Shown here in pieces: positions 24,701-39,700 of a stretch of 64,000 bases of DNA (its first letter is position 1; each line of letters opens with the position of its first letter). Both the position numbers and the translations under genes were made by a program. Source of the stretch: Eimeria praecox (lineage: Eukaryota); the NCBI GenBank assembly GCA_963920595.1, contig OY986946.1, positions 310,001 through 374,000 on the forward strand. Reading direction: 5' to 3'. The notes beneath the pieces are model-generated. The model was not told the DNA's origin and did not search any database. It saw only the letters and a program-made list of their open reading frames with translations.

Positions 24701-27700
24701 ATCATGCCATCCACGGCCCTGCCCCACCCAAACTGCACACCTCTCCCACACCTCTCCACGCAACTTTGAATCCATGCTATAGCCACGCTCCCCAAAACAT
24801 CGCACGCCCATTTCGGCACACGCTCGCATCCTACCCTGACCGCCGCCCATGGCCCAGAATCGGCAATAAAGCAACACGCAAACCTTACAGTCGACGCCGA
24901 AGACAAGGCTTTGTGTTTCAGAGCAAAGAAATGCCAACGCATGCAATGGTGTGTTCCCCTTCCTGATGCTAACGGGATGTAAAATCCTTACAGCGGCTCA
25001 CAGCGACCTTCCCGGCCAAACACCCACGCAACCGTGCATAGAAACGGGACGCTTAAAAAGGCCATGAACACCGACACAAACGCCACCGATACAGCCCCGC
25101 CCTCATTACCCATATATGTGCCTGCGCATTCCTAAACCTCCCCGCACACTCAACCCTGCCCCGCCACACACCCTATCACTCACTATAGCTGGCTTCCCCC
25201 TTGCAATCTAAACCCCCACACCGACACTCAGAAAGCATGTGCCTCTTCACAAGTCAATGCAGTGCACCCTAACTCTTCAAAATGCCCCCAAGCAAAACAC
25301 AAAACAGATTCTGTTAATCCGCGCCTCCGCATGCAGTAAATATGTCGGCCCCATGCATCCACGCTGGCACGCAACGCTGCAAACGGCTGCAGCTTCTAGT
25401 GCATGATGCAAACACCCCAATTCCTATGCTTCACGATTGTCGGCGGCTTCATGCCATGCGCTCTACACGTCGAACCATAGACGTACCTCTCATACACTCA
25501 GCATCGCTGCCGAAACAGGTCCCAAATGGATAACCAGCTGCTGCGCAGCCTGCTCTGCACACCCGGAGCTCACTGGCTGGGTGCACCAATGCATAGTCAC
25601 AACGAAGACGCGCCTACTGCGTGCATCCTTCAGTGACTGCGTAACAGTGATGCGACCCAGGGAACCTAGACATCATGCCATGCACGGCCCTGCCCCACCC
25701 AAACTGCACACCTCTCCCACACCTCTCCACGCAACTTTGAATCCATGCTACAGCCACGCTCCCCAAAACATCGCACGCCCATTTCGGCACACGCTCGCAT
25801 CCTACCCTGACCGCCGCCCATGGCCTAGTATCGGCAATAAAGCAACACGCAAACCTTACAGTCGACGCCGAAGACAAGGCTTTGTGTTTCAGAGCAAAGA
25901 AATGCCAACGCACGCAATGGTGTGTTCCCCTTCCTGATGCTAACGGGATGTAAAACCCTCACAGCGGCCCACAGCGACCTTCCCGACCAAGCACCTACGC
26001 AACCGTGCATACAAACGGCACGCCTCCAATAGCCATGAACGCCGACACAAACGCCACCGATACAGCCCCGCCCTCATTACCCATATATGCACCTGCGCAT
26101 TCCTAAACCTCCCCGCACACTCAACCCTGCCCCGCCACACACCCTAGCATTCACTATAGCTGGCTTCCCCCTTGCAACCTAAACCCCCACACCGACACCC
26201 AGAAAGCATGTGCCTCTTCACAAGTCAATGCAGTGCACCCTAACTCTTCAAAATGCCCCCATGCAAAACACAAAACAGATTCTGTCAATCCGCGTCTCCG
26301 CATGAAGTAAATACGTCGGCCCCATGCATTCACGCTAGCACGCAACGCTGCAAACGGCTGCAGCTTCTAGTGCATGATGCAAACACCCCAATTCCTATGC
26401 TTCACGATTGTCTGCGGCTTCATGCCCTGCGCTCTACACGTCGAACCATAGACGTACCTCTCATGCACTCAGCATCACTGCCGAAACAGGCCCCAAATGG
26501 ATAACCAGCTGCGGTACAGCCTCCTCTGCACCCCCAAGCCTTACTGGCTGGACGCACCAATGCATAGTCACAACGAAGACGCGCCTACTGCGTGCATCCT
26601 TCAGTGACTGCGTAACAGTGATGCAACGCAGGGAACCTAGACATCATGCCATCCACGGCCCTGCCCCACCCAAACTGCACACCTCTCCCACACCTCTCCA
26701 CGCAACTTTGAATCCATGCTATACCCACGCTCCCCAAAACATCGCACGCCCATTTCGGCACACGCTCGCATCCTACCCTGACCGCCGCCCATGCCCCAGA
26801 ATCGGCAATAAAGCAACACGCAAACCTTACAGTCGACGCCGAAGACAAGGCTTTGTGTTTCAGAGCAAAGAAATGCCAACGCACGCAATGGTGTGTTCCC
26901 CTTCCTGATGCTAACGGGATGTAAAATCCTTACAGCGGCCCACATCGACCTTCCCGACCAAACACCTACCTAACCGTGCATACAAACGGCACGCCTGCAA
27001 TAGCCATGAACACCGACACAAACGCCACCGATACAGCCCCGCCCTCATTACCCATATATGCACCTGCGCATTCCTAAACCTCTCCGCACACTCAACCCTG
27101 CCCCCCCACACACCCTAGCATTCACTATAGCTGGCTTCCCCCTTGCAACCTAAACCCCCACACCGACACCCAGAAAGCATGTGCCTCTTCACAAGTCAAT
27201 GCAGTGCACCCTAACTCTTTAAAATGCCCCCAAACAGAGCGCAAAACAGATTCTGTCAATCCGCGTCTCCGCATGCAGTAAATATGTCGCCCCCATGCAT
27301 CCACGCTGGCACGCAACGCTGCAAACGGCTGCAGCTTCTAGTGCATGATGCAAACACCCCAATCCCTATGCTTCACGATTGTCTGCGGCTTCATGCCCTG
27401 CGCTCTGCACGTCGAACCATAGACGTACCTCTCATGCACTCAGCATCACTGCCGAAACAGGCCCCAAATGGATAACCAGCTGCGGTACAGCCTCCTCTGC
27501 ACCCCCAAGCCTCACTGGCTGGACGCACCAATGCATAGTCACAACGAAGACGCGCCTACAGCGTGCATCCTTCAGTGACTGCATAACAGTGATGCGACCC
27601 AGGGAACCTAGACATCATGCCATGCGCGGCCCTGCCCCACCCAAACTGCACACCTCTCCCACACCTCTCCACGCAACTTTGAATCCATGCTATAGCCACG

Positions 27701-30700
27701 CTCCCCAAAACATCGCACGCCCATTTCGGCACACGCTCGCATCCTGCCCTGACCGCCGCCCATGCCCCACAATTGGCAATAAAGCAACACGCAAACCTTA
27801 CAGTCGACGCCGAAGACAAGGCTTTGTGTTTCAGAGCAAGGAAATGCCAACGCATGCAATTGTGTGTTCCCCTTCCTGATCCTAGCAGGATGTAAAATCC
27901 CTACATCGGCCCACAGCGACCTTCCCGAGCAAACACCCACGCAACCGTGCATACAAACGGCACGCTTGCAAAGGCCATGAACACCGACACAAACGCCACC
28001 GATACAGCCCCGCCCTCATTACCCATATATGCACCTGCGCATTCCTAAACCTCCCCGCACACTCAACCCTGCCCCGCCACACACCCTAGCATTCACTATA
28101 GCTGGCTTCCCCCTTGCAACCTAAACCCCCACACCGACACCCAGAAAGCATGTGCCTCTTCACAAGTCAATGCAGTGCACCCTAACTCTTCAAAATGTCC
28201 CCAAGCAAAACACAAAACAGATTCTGTCAATCCGCGTCTCCACATGCAGTAAATGCGTCGGCCCCATGCATTCACGCTGGCACGCAACGCTGCAAACGGC
28301 TGCAGCTTCTAGTGCATGATGCAAGCACCCCAATTCCTATGCTTCACGATTGTCTGCGGCTTCATGCCCTGCACTCTACACGTCGAATTCTTGACGTACC
28401 TCTCACACACTCAGCATCACTGCCGAAACAGGCCCCAAATGGCTGACCAGCTGCGGTGCAGCCTACTCTGCATACGCGCGACTCACTCTCTGGATGCACC
28501 AATGCATAGTCACAACGAAGACGCGCCTACTGCGTGCACCCTCCAGTGACTGCATAACAGTGATGCAACGCAGGGAACCTAGACATCATGCCATGCACGG
28601 CCCTGCCCCACCCAAACTGCACACCTCTCCCACACCTCTCCACGCAACTTTGAATCCATGCTATAGCCACGCTCCCCAAAACATCGCACGCCCATTTCGG
28701 CACACGCTCGCATCCTACCCTGACCGCCGCCCATGCCCCAGAATTGGCAATAAGGCAACACGCAAACCTTACAGTCGACGCCGAAGACAAGGCTTTGTGT
28801 TTCAGAGCAAGGAAATGCCAACGCACGCAATGGTGTGTTCCCCTTCCTGATGCTAACAGGATGTAAAATCCTTACAGCGGCCCACAGCGACCTTCCCGGC
28901 CAAACACCTACGCAACCGTGCATACAAACGGCACGCCTGCAATAGCCATGAACACCGACACAAACGCCACCGATACAGCCCCGCCCTCATTACCCATATA
29001 TGCACCTGCGCATTCCTAAACCTCCCCGCACACTCAACCCTGCCCCGCCACACACCCTATCATTCACTATAGCTGGCTTCCCCCTTGCAACCTAGACCCC
29101 CACACCGACACCCAGAAAGCATGTGCCTCTTCACAAGTCAATGCAGTGCACCCTAACTCTTCAAAATGCCCCCAAGCAAAACACAAAACAGATTCTGTTA
29201 ATCCGCGTCTCCGCATGCAGTAAATACGTCGGCTACATGCATTCACGCTGGCACGCAACGCTGCAAACGGCTGCAGCTTCTAGTGCATGATGCAAACACC
29301 CCAATTCCTATGCTTCACGATTGTCTGCGGTTTCATGCCCTGCGCTCTACACGTCGAACCATAGACGTACCTCTCATACACTCAGCATCACTGCCGAAAC
29401 AGGCCCCAAATGGATAACCAGCTGCTGTACAGCCTACTCTGCACACCCGGAGCTCACTGTCTGGGTGCACCAATGCATAGTCACAACGAAGACGCGCCTA
29501 CTGCGTGCATCCTTCAGTGACTGCGTAACAGTGATGCGACCCAGGGAACCTAGACATCATGCCATGCACGGCCCTGCCCCACCCAAACTGCACACCTCTC
29601 CCACACCTCTCCACGCAACTTTGAATCCATGCTATAGCCACGCTCCCCAAAACATCGCACGCCCATTTCGGCACACGCTCGCATCCTACCCTGACCGCCG
29701 CCCATGCCCCAGAATTGGCAATAAGGCAACACGCAAACCTTACAGTCGACGCCGAAGACAAGGCTTTGTGTTTCAGAGCAAGGAAATGCCAACGCACGCA
29801 ATGGTGTGTTCCCCTTCCTGATGCTAACAGGATGTAAAATCCTTACAGCGGCCCACAGCGACCTTCCCGGCCAAACACCTACGCAACCGTGCATACAAAC
29901 GGCACGCCTGCAATAGCCATGAACACCGACACAAACGCCACCGATACAGCCCCGCCCTCATTACCCATATATGTGCCTGCGCATTCCTAAACCTCCCCGC
30001 ACACTCAACCCTGCCCCGCCACACACCCTAACATTCACTTGTGCCTCTTCACAAGTCAATGCAGTGCACCCTAACTCTTCAAAATGCCCCCAAGCAAAAC
30101 ACAAAACAGATTCTGTCAATCCGCGTCTCCGCATGCAGTAAATACGTCGGCTCCATGCATTCACGCTGGCACGCAACGCTGCAAACGGCTGCAGCTTCTA
30201 GTGCATGATGCAAACACCCCAATTCCTATGCTTCACGATTGTCTGCGGTTTCATGCCCTGCGCTCTACACGTCGAACCATAGACGTACCTCTCATACACT
30301 CAGCATCGCTGCCGAAACAGGCCCCAAATGGATAACCAGCTGCTGTACAGCCTCCTCTGCACCCCCAACCCTCACTGGCTGGACGCACCAATGCATAGTC
30401 ACAACGAAGACGCGCCTACAGCGTGCATCCTTCAGTGACTGCGTAACAGTGATGCAACGCAGGGAACCTAGGCATCATGCCATGCACGGCCCTGCCCCAC
30501 CCAAACTGCACACCTCTCCCACACCTCTCCACGCAACTTTGAATCCATGCTATAGCCACGCTCCCCAAAACATCGCACGCCCATTTCGGCACACGCTCGC
30601 ATCCTACCCTGACCGCCGCCCATGCCCCAGAATCGGCAATAAAGCAACACGCAAACCTTACAGTCGACGCCGAAGACAAGGCTTTGTGTTTCAGAGCAAG

Positions 30701-33700
30701 GAAATGCCAACGCACGCAATGGTGTGTTCCCCTTCCTGATGCTAACAGGATGTAAAATCCTTACAGCGGCCCACAGCGGCCTTCCCGACCAAACACCTAC
30801 GCAACCGCGCATACAAACGGCACTCTTAAAAAGGCATGAACACCGACACAAACGCCACCGATACAGCCCCGCCCTCATTACCCATATATGCACCTGCGCA
30901 TTCCTAAACCTCCCCGCACACTCAACCCTGCCCCGCCACACACCCTAGCATTCACTATAGCTGGCTTCCCCCTTGCAACCTAAACCCCCACACCGACACC
31001 CAGAAAGCATGTGCCTCTTCACAAGTCAATGCAGTGCACCCTAACTCTTCAAAATGCCCCCAAGCAAAACACAAAACAGATTCTGTCAATCCGCGTCTCC
31101 GCATGCAGTAAATACGTCGGCCCCATGCATTCACGCTGGCACGCAACGCTGCAAACGGCTGCAGCTTCTAGTGCATGATGCAAACACCCCAATTCCTATG
31201 CTTCACGATTGTCTGCGGCTTCATGCCCTGCGCTCTACACGTCGAACCATAGACGTACCTCTCATACACTCAGCATCACTGCCGAAACAGGCCCCAAATG
31301 GATAACCAGCTGCTGTACAGCCTACTCTGCACACCCGGAGCTCACTGTCTGGGTGCACCAATGCATAGTCACAACGAAGACGCGCCTACTGCGTGCACCC
31401 TTCAGTGACTGCGTAACAGTGATGCGACCCAGGGAACCTAGACATCATGCCATGCACGGCCCTGCCCCACCCAAACTGCACACCTCTCCCACACCTCTCC
31501 ACGCAACTTTGAATCCATGCTATACCCACGCTCCCCAAAACATCGCACGCCCATTTCGGCACACGCTCGCATCCTACCCTGACCGCCGCCCATGCCCCAG
31601 AATTGGCAATAAAGCAACACGCAAACCTTACAGTCGACGCCGAAGACAAGGCTTTGTGTTTCAGAGCAAGGAAATGCCAACGCATGCAATGGTGTGTTCC
31701 CCTTCGTGATGCTAGCGGGATGTAAAATCCTTACAGCGGCCTACAGCGACCTTCCCGACCAAACACCCACGCAACCGTGCATACAAACGGCACGCCTGCA
31801 ATAGCCATGAACACCGACACAAACGCCACCGATACAGCCCCGCCCTCATTACCCATATATGTGCCTGCGCATTCCTAAACCTCCCCGCACACTCAACCCT
31901 GCCCCGCCACACACCCTAACATTCACTATAGCTGGCTTCCCCCTTGCAACCTAAACCCCCACACCGACACCCAGAAAGCATGTGCCTCTTCACAAGTCAA
32001 TGCAGTGCACCCTAACTCTTCAAAATGCCCCCAAGCAAAACACAAAACAGATTCTGTTAATCCGCGTCTCCGCATGCAGTAAATACGTCGGCTACATGCA
32101 TTCACGCTGGCACGCAACGCTGCAAACGGCTGCAGCTTCTAGTGCATGATGCAAACACCCCAATTCCTATGATTCACGATTGTCTGCGGTTTCATGCCCT
32201 GCGCTCTACACGTCGAACCATAGACGTACCTCTCATACACTCAGCATCACTGCCGAAACAGGCCCCAAATGGATAACCAGCTGCTGTACAGCCTACTCTG
32301 CACACCCGGAGCTCACTGTCTGGGTGCACCAATGCATAGTCACAACGAAGACGCGCCTACTGCGTGCACCCTTCAGTGACTGCGTAACAGTGATGCGACC
32401 CAGGGAACCTAGACATCATGCCATGCACGGCCCTGCCCCACCCAAACTGCACACCTCTCCCACACCTCTCCACGCAACTTTGAATCCATGCTATAGCCAC
32501 GCTCCCCAAAACATCGCACGCCCATTTCGGCACACGCTCGCATCCTACCCTGACCGCCGCCCATGCCCCAGAATTGGCAATAAGGCAACACGCAAACCTT
32601 ACAGTCGACGCCGAAGACAAGGCTTTGTGTTTCAGAGCAAGGAAATGCCAACGCACGCAATGGTGTGTTCCCCTTCCTGATGCTAACAGGATGTAAAATC
32701 CTTACAGCGGCCCACAGCGACCTTCCCGAGCAAACACCCACGCAACCGTGCATACAAACGGCACGCTTGCAAAGGCCATGAACACCGACACAAACGCCAC
32801 CGATACAGCCCCGCCCTCATTACCCATATATGCACCTGCGCATTCCTAAACCTCCCCGCACACTCAACCCTGCAACCCCGCACACCCTATCATTCACTAT
32901 AGCTGGCTTCCCCCTTGCAACCTAAACCCCCACACCGACACCCAGAAAGCATGTGCCTCTTCACAAGTCAATGCAGTGCACCCTAACTCTTCAAAATGCC
33001 CCCAAGCAAAACACAAAACAGATTCTGTTAATCCGCGTCTCCGCATGCAGTAAATACGTCGGCCCCATGCATTCACGCTAGCACGCAACGCTGCAAACGG
33101 CTGCAGCTTCTAGTGCATTATGCAAATACCCCAATTCCTATGCTTCACGATTGTCTGCGGCTTCATGCCATGCGCTCTACATGTCGAACCATAGACGTAC
33201 CTCTCATACACTCAGCATCGCTGCCGAAACAGGTCCCAAATGGATAGCCAGCTGCTGCGCAGCCTGCTCTGCACACCCGGAGCTCACTGGCTGGGTGCAC
33301 CAATGCATAGTCACAACGAAGAAGCGCCTACTGCGTGCACCCTTCAGTGACTGCGTAACAGTGATGCGACCCAGGGAACCTAGACATCATGCCATCCACG
33401 GCCCTGCCCCACCCAAACTGCACACCTCTCCCACACCTCTCCACGCAACTTTGAATCCATGCTATACCCACGCTCCCCAAAACATCGCACGCCCATTTCG
33501 GCACACGCTCGCATCCTACCCTGACCGCCGCCCATGGCCCAGAATCGGCAATAAAGCAACACGCAAACCTTACAGTCGACGCCGAAGACAAGGCTTTGTG
33601 TTTCAGAGCAAAGAAATGCCAACGCATGCAATGGTGTGTTCCCCTTCCTGATGCTAACGGGATGTAAAATCCTTACAGCGGCTCACAGCGACCTTCCCGG

Positions 33701-36700
33701 CCAAACACCCACGCAACCGTGCATACAAACGGGACGCTTAAAAAGGCCATGAACACCGACACAAACGCCACCGATACAGCCCCGCCCTCATTACCCATAT
33801 ATGTGCCTGCGCATTCCTAAACCTCCCCGCACACTCAACCCTGCCCCGCCACACACCCTATCACTCACTATAGCTGGCTTCCCCCTTGCAATCTAAACCC
33901 CCACACCGACACTCAGAAAGCATGTGCCTCTTCACAAGTCAATGCAGTGCACCCTAACTCTTCAAAATGCCCCCAAGCAAAACACAAAACAGATTCTGTT
34001 AATCCGCGCCTCCGCATGCAGTAAATATGTCGGCCCCATGCATCCACGCTGGCACGCAACGCTGCAAACGGCTGCAGCTTCTAGTGCATGATGCAAACAC
34101 CCCAATTCCTATGCTTCACGATTGTCGGCGGCTTCATGCCATGCGCTCTACACGTCGAACCATAGACGTACCTCTCATACACTCAGCATCGCTGCCGAAA
34201 CAGGTCCCAAATGGATAACCAGCTGCTGCGCAGCCTGCTCTGCACACCCGGAGCTCACTGGCTGGGTGCACCAATGCATAGTCACAACGAAGACGCGCCT
34301 ACTGCGTGCATCCTTCAGTGACTGCGTAACAGTGATGCGACCCAGGGAACCTAGACATCATGCCATGCACGGCCCTGCCCCACCCAAACTGCACACCTCT
34401 CCCACACCTCTCCACGCAACTTTGAATCCATGCTACAGCCACGCTCCCCAAAACATCGCACGCCCATTTCGGCACACGCTCGCATCCTACCCTGACCGCC
34501 GCCCATGGCCTAGTATCGGCAATAAAGCAACACGCAAACCTTACAGTCGACGCCGAAGACAAGGCTTTGTGTTTCAGAGCAAAGAAATGCCAACGCACGC
34601 AATGGTGTGTTCCCCTTCCTGATGCTAACGGGATGTAAAACCCTCACAGCGGCCCACAGCGACCTTCCCGACCAAGCACCTACGCAACCGTGCATACAAA
34701 CGGCACGCCTCCAATAGCCATGAACGCCGACACAAACGCCACCGATACAGCCCCGCCCTCATTACCCATATATGCAGCTGCGCATTCCTAAACCTCCCCG
34801 CACACTCAACCCTGCCCCGCCACACACCCTAGCATTCACTATAGCTGGCTTCCCCCTTGCAACCTAAACCCCCACACCGACACCCAGAAAGCATGTGCCT
34901 CTTCACAAGTCAATGCAGTGCACCCTAACTCTTCAAAATGCCCCCAAGCAAAACACAAAACAGATTCTGTCAATCCGCGTCTCCGCATGCAGTAAATACG
35001 TCGGCCCCATGCATTCACGCTGGCACGCAACGCTGCAAACGGCTGCAGCTTCTAGTGCATGATGCAAACACCCCAATTCCTATGCTTCACGATTGTCTGC
35101 GGCTTCATGCCCTGCGCTCTACACGTCGAACCATAGACGTACCTCTCATGCACTCAGCATCACTGCCGAAACAGGCCCCAAATGGATAACCAGCTGCGGT
35201 ACAGCCTCCTCTGCACCCCCCAGCCTTACTGGCTGGACGCACCAATGCATAGTCACAACGAAGACGCGCCTACTGCGTGCATCCTTCAGTGACTGCGTAA
35301 CAGTGATGCAACGCAGGGAACCTAGACATCATGCCATCCACGGCCCTGCCCCACCCAAACTGCACACCTCTCCCACACCTCTCCACGCAACTTTGAATCC
35401 ATGCTATAGCCACGCTCCCCAAAACATCGCACGCCCATTTCGGCACACGCTCGCATCCTACCCTGACCGCCGCCCATGCCCCAGAATCGGCAATAAAGCA
35501 ACACGCAAACCTTACAGTCGACGCCGAAGACAAGGCTTTGTGTTTCAGAGCAAAGAAATGCCAACGCACGCAATGGTGTGTTCCCCTTCCTGATGCTAAC
35601 GGGATGTAAAATCCTTACAGCGGCCCACATCGACCTTCCCGACCAAACACCTACCTAACCGTGCATACAAACGGCACGCCTGCAATAGCCATGAACACCG
35701 ACACAAACGCCACCGATACAGCCCCGCCCTCATTACCCATATATGCACCTGCGCATTCCTAAACCTCCCCGCACACTCAACCCTGCCCCCCCACACACCC
35801 TAGCATTCACTATAGCTGGCTTCCCCCTTGCAACCTAAACCCCCACACCGACACCCAGAAAGCATGTGCCTCTTCACAAGTCAATGCAGTGCACCCTAAC
35901 TCTTTAAAATGCCCCCAAACAGAGCGCAAAACAGATTCTGTCAATCCGCGTCTCCGCATGCAGTAAATATGTCGCCCCCATGCATTCACGCTGGCACGCA
36001 ACGCTGCAAACGGCTGCAGCTTCTAGTGCATGATGCAAACACCCCAATCCCTATGCTTCACGATTGTCTGCGGCTTCATGCCCTGCGCTCTACACGTCGA
36101 ACCATAGACGTACCTCTCATGCACTCAGCATCACTGCCGAAACAGGCCCCAAATGGATAACCAGCTGCTGTACAGCCTACTCTGCACACCCGGAGCTCAC
36201 TGTCTGGGTGCACCAATGCATAGTCACAACGAAGACGCGCCTACTGCGTGCACCCTTCAGTGACTGCGTAACAGTGATGCGACCCAGGGAACCTAGACAT
36301 CATGCCATGCGCGGCCCTGCCCCACCCAAACTGCACACCTCTCCCACACCTCTCCACGCAACTTTGAATCCATGCTATACCCACGCTCCCCAAAACATCG
36401 CACGCCCATTTCGGCACACGCTCGCATCCTACCCTGACCGCCGCCCATGCCCCAGAATTGGCAATAAAGCAACACGCAAACCTTACAGTCGACGCCGAAG
36501 ACAAGGCTTTGTGTTTCAGAGCAAGGAAATGCCAACGCATGCAATGGTGTGTTCCCCTTCGTGATGCTAGCGGGATGTAAAATCCTTACAGCGGCCCACA
36601 GCGACCTTCCCAACCAAACACCTACGCAACCGTGCATACAAACGGCACGCCTGCAATAGCCATGAACACCGACACAAACGCCACCGATACAGCCCCGCCC

Positions 36701-39700
36701 TCATTACCCATATATGTGCCTGCGCATTCCTAAACCTCCCCGCACACTCAACCCTGCCCCGCCACACACCCTAACATTCACTTGTGCCTCTTCACAAGTC
36801 AATGCAGTGCACCCTAACTCTTCAAAATGCCCCCAAGCAAAACACAAAACAGATTCTGTCAATCCGCGTCTCCGCATGCAGTAAATACGTCGGCTCCATG
36901 CATTCACGCTGGCACGCAACGCTGCAAACGGCTGCAGCTTCTAGTGCATGATCCAAACACCCCAATTCCTATGCTTCACGATTGTCTGCGGTTTCATGCC
37001 CTGCGCTCTACACGTCGAACCATAGACGTACCTCTCATACACTCAGCATCACTGCCGAAACAGGCCCCAAATGGATAACCAGCTGCTGTACAGCCTACTC
37101 TGCACACCCGCGCCTCACTAGCTGGATGCACCAATGCATAGTCACAACGAAGAAGCGCCTACTGCGTGCACCCTTCAGTGACTGCGTAACAGTGATGCGA
37201 CCCAGGGAACCTAGACATCATGCCATGCGCGGCCCTGCCCCACCCAAACTGCACACCTCTCCCACACCTCTCCACGCAACTTTGAATCCATGCTATAGCC
37301 ACGCTCCCCAAAACATCGCACGCCCATTTCGGCACACGCTCGCATCCTACCCTGACCGCCGCCCATGCCCCAGAATTGGCAATAAAGCAACACGCAAACC
37401 TTACAGTCGACGCCGAAGACAAGGCTTTGTGTTTCAGAGCAAGGAAATGCCAACGCATGCAATGGTGTGTTCCCCTTCCTGATCCTAGCAGGATGTAAAA
37501 TCCCTACATCGGCCCCCAGCGACCTTCCCGACCAAACACCCACGCAACCGTGCATACAAACGGCACGCTTGCAATAGCCATGAACACCGACACAAACGCC
37601 ACCGATACAGCCCCGCCCTCATTACCCATATATGCACCTGCGCATTCCTAAACCTCCCCGCACACTCAACCCTGCAACCCCGCACACCCTATCATTCACT
37701 ATAGCTGGCTTCCCCCTTGCAACCTAAACCCCCACACCGACACCCAGAAAGCATGTGCCTCTTCACAAGTCAATGCAGTGCACCCTAACTCTTCAAAATG
37801 CCCCCAAGCAAAACACAAAACAGATTCTGTCAATCCGCGTCTCCACATGCAGTAAATACGTCGGCCCCATGCATTCACGCTGGCACGCAACGCTGCAAAC
37901 GGCTGCAGCTTCTAGTGCATGATGCAAACACCCCAATTCCTATGCTTCACGATTGTCTGCGGTTTCATGCCCTGCGCTCTACACGTCGAGCCATAGACGT
38001 ACCTCTCATACACTCAGCATCACTGCCGAAACAGGCCCCAAATGGATAACCAGCTGCTGTACAGCCTACTCTGCACACCCGGAGCTCACTGTCTGGGTGC
38101 ACCAATGCATAGTCACAACGAAGACGCGCCTACTGCGTGCACCCTTCAGTGACTGCGTAACAGTGATGCGACCCAGGGAACCTAGACATCATGCCATGCG
38201 CGGCCCTGCCCCACCCAAACTGCACACCTCCCCCACACCTCTCCACGCAACTTTGAATCCGTGCTATAGCCACGCTCCCCAAAACATCGCACGCCCATTT
38301 CGGCACACGCTCGCATCCTACCCTGACCGCCGCCCATGCCCTAGTATCGGCAATAAAGCAACACGCAAACCTTACAGTCGACGCCGAAGACAAGGCTTTG
38401 TGTTTCAGAGCAAAGAAATGCCAACGCACGCAATGGTGTGTTCCGCTTCCTGATGCTAACGGGATGTAAAATCCTTACAGCGGCTCACAGCGACCTTCCC
38501 GACCAAACACCCACGCAACCGTGCATACAAACGGCACGCTTGCAATAGCCATGAACACCGACACAAACGCCACCGATACAGCCCCGCCCTCATTACCCAT
38601 ATATGCAGCTGCGCATTCCTAAACCTCCCCGCACACTCAACCCTGCCCCGCCACACACCCTAGCATTCACTATAGCTGGCTTCCCCCTTGCAACCTAAAC
38701 CCCCACACCGACACCCAGAAAGCATGTGCCTCTTCACAAGTCAATGCAGTGCACCCTAACTCTTCAAAATGCCCCCAAGCAAAACACAAAACAGATTCTG
38801 TCAATCCGCGTCTCCGCATGAAGTAAATACGTCGGCCCCATGCATTCACGCTAGCACGCAACGCTGCAAACGGCTGCAGCTTCTAGTGCATGATGCAAAC
38901 ACCCCAATTCCTATGCTTCACGATTGTCTGCGGTTTCATGCCCTGCGCTCTACACGTCGAGCCATAGACGTACCTCCCATACACTCAGCATCACTGCCGA
39001 AACAGGCCCCAAATGGATAACCAGCTGCTGCGCAGCCTACTCTCCACACCCGGAGCTCACTGTCTGGGTGCACCAATGCATAGTCACAACGAATAAGCGC
39101 CTACTGCGTGCACCCTTCAGTGACTGCGTAACAGTGATGCGACCCAGGGAACCTAGACATCATGCCATGCGCGGCCCTGCCCCACCCAAACTGCACACCT
39201 CTCCCACACCTCTCCACGCAACTTTGAATCCATGCTATACCCACGCTCCCCAAAACATCGCACGCCCATTTCGGCACACGCTCGCATCCTACCCTGACCG
39301 CCGCCCATGCCCTAGTATCGGCAATAAAGCAACACGCAAACCTTACAGTCGACGCCGAAGACAAGGCTTTGTGTTTCAGAGCAAGGAAATGCCAACGCAC
39401 GCAATGGTGTGTTCCCCTTCCTGATGCTAACAGGATGTAAAATTCTCACATCGGCTCACAGCGACCTTCCCGGCCAAACACCCACGCAACCGTGCATACA
39501 AACGGCACGCCTGCAATAGCCATGAACACCGACACAAACGCCACCGATACAGCCCCGCCCTCATTACCCATATATGTGCCTGCGCATTCCTAAACCTCCC
39601 CGCACACTCAACCCTGCCCCGCCACACACCCTATCACTCACTATAGCTGGCTTCCCCCTTGCAACCTAAACCCCCACACCGACACCCAGAAAGCATGTGC

